Below are positions 18,864 to 24,000 of a stretch of DNA of 24,000 nt, in pieces. Under the pieces are notes generated by a model. It was not told the DNA's origin. It saw only the letters and a program-made list of their open reading frames with translations, and made no database searches. Positions within the stretch are counted from its first letter, which is position 1; every line of letters begins with the position of its first letter. The DNA comes from an uncultured Polynucleobacter sp. (GTDB lineage Bacteria > Pseudomonadota > Gammaproteobacteria > Burkholderiales > Burkholderiaceae): the NCBI GenBank assembly GCA_937863045.1, contig CALMBU010000013.1:22054-46053 (forward strand). The letters run 5' to 3'. The translations under genes and the position numbers were made by a program.

Positions 18864-19463
18864 TTATATTGTTTTAGGGGCCATCAAAGTACCAATTGCA
18901 AGCCCGGAACGTATGGTACGACGAATTTCCCATAAATCTCCATATTCTGCAATTTCTTTCAATAATTCTTCAGGCTTGATTTCTTTGGGGTGCTCCATAT
19001 AGATAGCACACCCATCATTTTTCTTGGTTATTCTGACCGCTTGCTTAAGGGCATCTAAAAACAAGGCTGGCTCTGCAAATGGGGGGTCAATAAAGCAAAT
19101 ATCAATCGAATTTTCTGCTTGCTTTGAAGCGCTTGCAATGGCGTTTCCCTTGACGAACTCGGCCACACCCAAAGCCCCATCTTTAACCAAATTCTGATAG
19201 TTTTCTTTTAATGCATCGTGGACTTGTTTTGAAGCATCGATCATGCTGACTTTTTGAGCGCCGCGAGACAAGGCCTCAAAACCCAAAGCGCCCGTTCCAG
19301 CAAACATATCCAAACAAATCAAATCATCGACACGCTGACCCAGACAATTAAACAAGGTTTCTCTGGTTCTATCGGCTGTGGGTCTTAAGCCTGGCGAATC
19401 AATTACCTTGATAGATCTGCCACGCCATGCACCCCCAATGATTCTGACCTTGCCAGGGGTCAT
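18864..19463 (-). CDS. rsmD: 16S rRNA (guanine966-N2)-methyltransferase RsmD
   Basis: Motifs IIGGAWRGR, the SAM-binding CLDMFAGTGALGFEALSRGA, and DPPF. ATGA overlap with the stop of the upstream peptidase gene. rsmD-coaD adjacency is common. Confidence 0.88.
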   Translation of the reverse strand: MTPGKVRIIGGAWRGRSIKVIDSPGLRPTADRTRETLFNCLGQRVDDLICLDMFAGTGALGFEALSRGAQKVSMIDASKQVHDALKENYQNLVKDGALGVAEFVKGNAIASASKQAENSIDICFIDPPFAEPALFLDALKQAVRITKKNDGCAIYMEHPKEIKPEELLKEIAEYGDLWEIRRTIRSGLAIGTLMAPKTI

Positions 19464-20779
19464 GGAGCTCCAACCACCACAGTCACCATTTGGTTAACAT
19501 CTAAATTCTTTTTAAATGCCGCAACCACCTGATCTTTAGTGACTTTGCGCAGTTGATTGGTCCACTGATCCAAAGTATCTAAAGGTAAATCATTCCAGGC
19601 AATGCTTGAAACGTTATCTAGAATCTTGCGATTACTATCAATCCTCAAAGGAAATCCATTCACAAGATTATTTTTAGCAGCCTGAAGCTCTTCATCAGTT
19701 GGACCATTGGCGATGAAATCACCAATGGTTTTTTTCATCACATCCACTGCTAAATCAGCTTGGGCTTTTTGAGTTTGCATACCTGCCACGTATGGACCAA
19801 TCTGTCTTCCTGGAGCTATGTAACTAAAAACGCTATAAGCCAAGCCTCTTTTTTCGCGCACCTCTTTCACAAGGCGAGACACAAAGCCACCGCCACCCAA
19901 AATATAGTTACCCACTAACATTGGAAAGTAATCTGGATCTTTTCTTGCGATGGCCGGCATTCCCATAGAGATATGGGCTTGCTGTGCATCATGAGGAATC
20001 TTGATGATGGAATTAGATGCCTTACTTTTATCAAAACGTAAAACATCGGGGACTTGCTGCTGCTCTTTCGCTTCTTTAGGAATAGATGCCATCAATCGAT
20101 CAAGTAGTTGATCTACCTCAGTACGGCCAATATCACCAACAACGGTGATCTTGCTGCCTTTAGCGGCGTACCTAGAGGCATAAAAACGCTTGAGGTCCTC
20201 AGATTTAATTGCCTGAATTGTTTTAATTGTTGGTGAATTTGCAAAAGGATGTTCACCATACATTTGACGATCAAATTCTTTTGATAGTTTTGTCTCAGGC
20301 TTTAAGTCAGCTTCTTTGATTGCCGAAACTGTGCGCTCTTGCTCTCTTTTGAGAATTTTAGAATCGAACACCGGCGCCTTCAGCACTGTACTTGCTAAGT
20401 CAATTGCAGCCAGTTTTTTCTTTTCATCACTTAGGGTGCGTAAGCGCATACTGGCTCGCTCGGCGCCCGCACTAAAACTTAAGCCTGCGCCAAGATCGGC
20501 TAAACGATCTGAAACCTCTGCCTCAGAGATCAGACGACCATTGAACATCGACCCCTTATCAATCATGCCCGCCGTCATACCGGCCAAGCCCAGCTGATCT
20601 TTAGGATCATTGACTGAACCAGCATGCCAATCAATTTGTAAATCGATCATCGGTATGGTCCTGGCTTCGACCAAGTAAACCAAAGCGCCACTGCTATGTA
20701 CCCAATGATTGATCTTTGCACTCGCTTGCGCAACTGCAGCACCCAAACCAAAAACAATGATTACCAGTAAATTTTTCAT
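19460..20779 (-). CDS. M16-family peptidase-like protein, predicted non-catalytic subunit (secreted)
   Basis: 439 aa with signal peptide MKNLLVIIVFGLGAAVAQASA. It has M16 architecture, but the HxxEH position reads GLAGMTAGMIDKGS, so no zinc ligands are present. Its start lies 1 nt after the stop of the upstream M16 gene. Confidence 0.85.
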   Translation of the reverse strand: MKNLLVIIVFGLGAAVAQASAKINHWVHSSGALVYLVEARTIPMIDLQIDWHAGSVNDPKDQLGLAGMTAGMIDKGSMFNGRLISEAEVSDRLADLGAGLSFSAGAERASMRLRTLSDEKKKLAAIDLASTVLKAPVFDSKILKREQERTVSAIKEADLKPETKLSKEFDRQMYGEHPFANSPTIKTIQAIKSEDLKRFYASRYAAKGSKITVVGDIGRTEVDQLLDRLMASIPKEAKEQQQVPDVLRFDKSKASNSIIKIPHDAQQAHISMGMPAIARKDPDYFPMLVGNYILGGGGFVSRLVKEVREKRGLAYSVFSYIAPGRQIGPYVAGMQTQKAQADLAVDVMKKTIGDFIANGPTDEELQAAKNNLVNGFPLRIDSNRKILDNVSSIAWNDLPLDTLDQWTNQLRKVTKDQVVAAFKKNLDVNQMVTVVVGAP

Positions 20780-20780
20780 C

Positions 20781-22190
20781 TTAGTGTCTCATTCCTGCAG
20801 GCTTGGCTTGCGTGCCAGCGGGTTTCTTTTGAATAGCTTGAGGGTCCAAAACTGCCACCGTCAATGAATCATCGATGAGGTATTTTCCAACCACCCTCTG
20901 AATATCTTCTGATTGAACTTTTTGCACATTTAGTAACATGTCATCCAAATACTTCCATGAAATACCATTCATTTCGGCAATTCCAACTTCCATGGCCTGG
21001 GCAAAAATTGAATCACGTTTATAAATCTGCGATGAAATCAATTGCGATTTAACCCGGTCCAACTCTGTATTGGTCACACCTTTGGTCTTGATGTCTGCCA
21101 ATATCTTGCGAATATTTTCTTCGATGACAGTCAAGCTTTTACCTTTGGCAGGACTTGCTGAAATTGAAAACAACTGCGGGCCTCTTCCAGACATACCGTA
21201 TGAAGCATCCACACCGTCTGCCAAGCGCTGGTCTTTCACCAATTGTCGATTTAATCTTGAGTTCGAATGGCCATCCAAAATGGCAGATAGAACGCTCAGG
21301 GCGTAAGGATCAATCGCATTTAAATCATTCGGTTCAATTTTTGGAACCTTCCACGCAAAAGTAATGTCTGGATTTTCTGCAGGCGCCTTCACCACAATTC
21401 TTTTAGTTCCAATTTGTGGAATTTCAATTTGAGGTTTTCTCTCTTTGATTTTCTTGGCAGGTATTGGGCCATAGTATTTTTCTGCTAATGCTTTGACATC
21501 GCCCGGCATGACATCACCAGTCACAACCAAAACAGCATTGTTAGGCGCATACCAATCCTGATACCACTCTAGAGCATCCAAATAAGTCATATTTTTCAAA
21601 TCATCCATCCAACCAATGATTGGGTTGCGATAGGGACTATTGGTAAATGCGGTAGCCATCAATTGCTCATAAACAATGGCTTTTGACTGATCATCAGTTC
21701 TCAAGCGGCGCTCTTCCATCACCACTTGAATTTCTTTTGCAAACTCTTCTTTATCGATTCGTAGGTTCTGCATGCGTTCGGCTTCTAATGCCATCATCGC
21801 AGGTAAATGACTTTTTTCAATCTGCTGAAAATATGCTGTGTAGTCCTTGCCCGTGAACGCGTTGTCTCGACCACCAACTGCAGCGACCTTTTTAGAAAAT
21901 TCACCTGGCTTCAAGTTTTTTGTGCCCTTGAACATCATGTGCTCAAGCACATGAGCAACGCCAGTTTTACCGTTAACCTCATCTATGGAGCCCGCTCGAT
22001 ACCAAACCATGTGAGCCACGGTGGGCGCACGATGATCTTGTCGAACAATGATTTTCATACCATTTGACAGTTGAAACTCATGCGTGTTCTGAGTTTTCTG
22101 TGGGGCATTTTGTGCATACCCACCAAATGAAATAATTGCGGCGCCAAAAAAAGTTAACGCTCGACCTGCAAGGGTTGTTAATATGCTCAT
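20781..22190 (-). CDS. M16-family zinc metallopeptidase (pitrilysin/insulinase-like), predicted catalytic subunit (secreted)
   Basis: 469 aa with an N-terminal signal peptide (ALTFFGAAIISFGGYA/QN) and an intact inverted zinc motif HVLEHMMFKGT (HxxEH). Confidence 0.88.
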   Translation of the reverse strand: MSILTTLAGRALTFFGAAIISFGGYAQNAPQKTQNTHEFQLSNGMKIIVRQDHRAPTVAHMVWYRAGSIDEVNGKTGVAHVLEHMMFKGTKNLKPGEFSKKVAAVGGRDNAFTGKDYTAYFQQIEKSHLPAMMALEAERMQNLRIDKEEFAKEIQVVMEERRLRTDDQSKAIVYEQLMATAFTNSPYRNPIIGWMDDLKNMTYLDALEWYQDWYAPNNAVLVVTGDVMPGDVKALAEKYYGPIPAKKIKERKPQIEIPQIGTKRIVVKAPAENPDITFAWKVPKIEPNDLNAIDPYALSVLSAILDGHSNSRLNRQLVKDQRLADGVDASYGMSGRGPQLFSISASPAKGKSLTVIEENIRKILADIKTKGVTNTELDRVKSQLISSQIYKRDSIFAQAMEVGIAEMNGISWKYLDDMLLNVQKVQSEDIQRVVGKYLIDDSLTVAVLDPQAIQKKPAGTQAKPAGMRH

Positions 22191-22211
22191 AGTTAATCAA
22201 TTGTATCGGTC

Positions 22212-23105
22212 ATGTTCGGATTACGTAAAACCTTATCAAACCTATTTAATCTTCAAAAAGTTGATGAACAATGGTACGAATCCCTAGAAGAAGCACTTCT
22301 TTTGGGAGACGTTGGCATGAGTGCCACTCAAACCCTGATCAGCCAACTTCGTCGTGAAGCGAAAAATCAAAAAGCCGAATCTGCTGATGATCTCAAGATC
22401 ATTCTAGCCACATTGGTAGAAAAACTCTTAAGCAAACTTGAAAGACCCCAAAATCCACTGGATTTTTTACCCACCACCCCTGGGCAGCCGACCGTATGGC
22501 TTGTCGTGGGGGTTAATGGGGCCGGCAAAACAACCAGCATTGGCAAAATTTGCCATCACTTTCAACAATCTGGTCGTAAGGTTTTATTGGGGGCAGGAGA
22601 CACCTTCAGAGCAGCCGCTAGAGAGCAGCTCATGGCTTGGGGAGAGCGCAACCAAGTAGCCGTCATCGCTCAAGAGAGTGGTGATTCAGCCGCCGTGGCC
22701 CATGATGCCGTCAAAGCTGGTCAATCACGTCAGCAAGACATTGTCATCATTGATACTGCTGGCAGATTATCCACACAGTCCCACCTCATGGATGAGTTGA
22801 AGAAAGTTAAACGAGTCATCGGCAAGGCACAAGAATCGGCCCCTCACGAGACTATTTTGGTGATTGATGGCAATACTGGTCAAAATGGCATGGCCCAGGT
22901 GAAGGCCTTCCATGAGGCTCTTAATCTGACTGGCATCATCGTCACCAAGCTCGATGGAACAGCCAAAGGCGGCATCTTGTGTGCCATTGCATCTGAGCTA
23001 TCAGAAAACCCACCCAGCGTTCTGGCGATTGGCCTAGGCGAACAATTGTCTGATTTAAAGCCATTCATTGCCTCTGAATTCGCTAAATCCTTGATTCCAA
23101 AATAA
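22212..23105 (+). CDS. ftsY: Signal recognition particle receptor FtsY (short form: NG domain only, no acidic A domain)
   Basis: GTPase motifs [15 protein letters not shown] and TKLDGTAKGG. There is a short amphipathic N-terminus (MFGLRKTLSNLF). At 297 aa it is much shorter than the roughly 500-aa E. coli protein, which has an A domain. Confidence 0.93.
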   Translation: MFGLRKTLSNLFNLQKVDEQWYESLEEALLLGDVGMSATQTLISQLRREAKNQKAESADDLKIILATLVEKLLSKLERPQNPLDFLPTTPGQPTVWLVVGVNGAGKTTSIGKICHHFQQSGRKVLLGAGDTFRAAAREQLMAWGERNQVAVIAQESGDSAAVAHDAVKAGQSRQQDIVIIDTAGRLSTQSHLMDELKKVKRVIGKAQESAPHETILVIDGNTGQNGMAQVKAFHEALNLTGIIVTKLDGTAKGGILCAIASELSENPPSVLAIGLGEQLSDLKPFIASEFAKSLIPK

Positions 23106-23119
23106 TTTATTTCTATATA
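23091..23119 (+). promoter_or_regulatory. Candidate sigma-70 promoter for rpoH (-35 TTGATT, 17-bp spacer, -10 TATATA)
   Basis: TTGATT at 23091..23096 (inside the last ftsY codons) and TATATA at 23114..23119. This would place the CIRCE element in the early transcribed region. Pattern match only. Confidence 0.3.
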
Positions 23120-23140
23120 AATCATATGGTTATACATAAA

Positions 23141-23167
23141 TTAGCACTCTAATATCAGGAGTGCTAA
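23141..23167 (+). promoter_or_regulatory. CIRCE element (HrcA operator), perfect consensus TTAGCACTC-N9-GAGTGCTAA
   Basis: TTAGCACTC at 23141..23149, the 9-nt spacer TAATATCAG, and GAGTGCTAA at 23159..23167. All 18 consensus positions match. The element ends 9 nt before ATG 23177 and is followed by AGAGG. Confidence 0.8.
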
Positions 23168-23176
23168 TATAGAGGT

Positions 23177-24000
23177 ATGACAAATATGAATGCCATGATT
23201 CCAGTGCAATTGAATGTGGGCAGTGTTGATGCCTACATCTCAAGCGTTAACCGTCTGCCAATGCTGAGCGCATCAGACGAGATTCGCCTTGCCCGCGAAT
23301 TCAGGGATCATGAAGACTTAGATGCTGCCAAAACCTTGGTGATGTCTCACCTTCGCTTGGTGGTGTCGATTGCTCGCCAATACCTTGGCTATGGCATCCC
23401 TCATGCAGACTTGATTCAAGAGGGCAATATTGGTCTGATGAAAGCAGTGAAACGATATGACCCTGAACAAGGTACACGTTTGGTGACATATTCAATTCAT
23501 TGGATCAAAGCTGAAATTCATGAATACATTCTTCGCAATTGGAGAATGGTCAAAATTGCTACAACCAAAGCTCACCGCAAATTATTTTTTAACTTGCGCA
23601 GCAACAAACCGACTTTGAATGCTTTATCTCCATCTGAAATTGATCATCTTGCAAAAGCCCTGGATGTTCGCCAAGAAGATGTGCGTGAGATGGAAAAGAG
23701 ATTGAGTGGTGGCGATGTGGCCATGGAAGCAGACTCATCTGATGATGAAGCCTATGCTCCGATCAACTGGTTATCAGATACTCGCTATGAACCAAGCGAA
23801 GTATTGGCTCGCGAAGAATCACGCCAAATACAAGGTCCGGGTATTGAAAAAGCTTTGGCAAGCCTGGATGAGCGTAGCCGTAAGATTGTTGCGTCTCGCT
23901 GGTTAGATGTCTCAGATGATGGAACAGGTGGAAACACCCTGCATGATCTTGCTGCAGAATTCAATATTTCTGCAGAGCGCGTGCGTCAAATTGAAGCGGC
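23177..24000 (+). CDS. rpoH: RNA polymerase sigma-32 factor RpoH, 5' part; the gene runs off the window end
   Basis: Absent from the ORF track because no stop lies in the window. Hand translation gives MTNMNAMIPVQLNVGSVDAYISSVNRLPMLSASDEIRLAREFRDHEDLDAAKTLVMSHLRLVVSIARQYLGYGIPHADLIQEGNIGLMKAVKRYDPEQGTRLVTYSIHWIKAEIHEYILRNWRMVKIATTKAHRKLFFNLRS... This includes the RpoH box (KLFFNLR). An alternative start is ATG 23186. Confidence 0.93.
   Translation, partial: MTNMNAMIPVQLNVGSVDAYISSVNRLPMLSASDEIRLAREFRDHEDLDAAKTLVMSHLRLVVSIARQYLGYGIPHADLIQEGNIGLMKAVKRYDPEQGTRLVTYSIHWIKAEIHEYILRNWRMVKIATTKAHRKLFFNLRSNKPTLNALSPSEIDHLAKALDVRQEDVREMEKRLSGGDVAMEADSSDDEAYAPINWLSDTRYEPSEVLAREESRQIQGPGIEKALASLDERSRKIVASRWLDVSDDGTGGNTLHDLAAEFNISAERVRQIEA

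Noticed and set aside
22541-22555. TGGCAAA-A-TTTGCCA palindrome resembling a sigma-54 -24/-12 element (TGGCA...TTGC)
   Set aside because: The GG-to-GC spacing is too short for a sigma-54 promoter. The site lies inside ftsY coding sequence (IGKICH) with no downstream gene start.
23071-23100. Possible sigma-E type promoter (GAATTC ... TCCAA) for rpoH, by analogy with E. coli rpoH P3
   Set aside because: The match to GGAACTT is poor and the spacer is 14 nt instead of about 16. Not supportable from the sequence.

Overview
This 24 kb window is a tightly packed housekeeping segment of a proteobacterial chromosome. Only about 570 nt lie outside the genes I call. I call 27 CDS, two of them cut by the window edges, and one tRNA. 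Left to right: MFS transporter (-, partial); uvrA; the LPS/sigma-54 block kdsD-kdsC-lptC-lptA-lptB-rpoN-hpf-ptsN-hprK-rapZ (+); mutY and mutM (-); a TPR::LolB-like fusion, ispE, tRNA-Gln(UUG), prs, rplY, pth (+); a minus-strand operon of two M16 peptidases, rsmD, coaD and yfhL ferredoxin; then ftsY and rpoH (+, partial). The gene order (fpg / TPR / lolB / ispE / tRNA-Gln / prs / rplY / pth, and ptsN-hprK-rapZ after rpoN) is Burkholderiales-like. The moderately AT-rich composition suggests a streamlined betaproteobacterium such as Polynucleobacter, but that is inference only. I see no mobile elements, integrases, CRISPR arrays, toxin-antitoxin or defence-type genes, and no unexplained multi-gene island, so I cannot support a claim of a novel system here. 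Four things deserve a second look: (1) the LolB-like domain is fused in frame to the upstream TPR protein, and the whole 486-aa product has no cysteine, so it cannot be a lipoprotein; (2) a perfect CIRCE/HrcA operator (TTAGCACTC-N9-GAGTGCTAA) lies just upstream of rpoH; (3) a secreted active/inactive M16 peptidase pair of unknown substrate heads the rsmD-coaD operon; (4) there are several signs of compaction: a 56-nt convergent coding overlap, abutting stop codons, 21-39 bp divergent spacers, and -10-like hexamers placed for leaderless transcripts.
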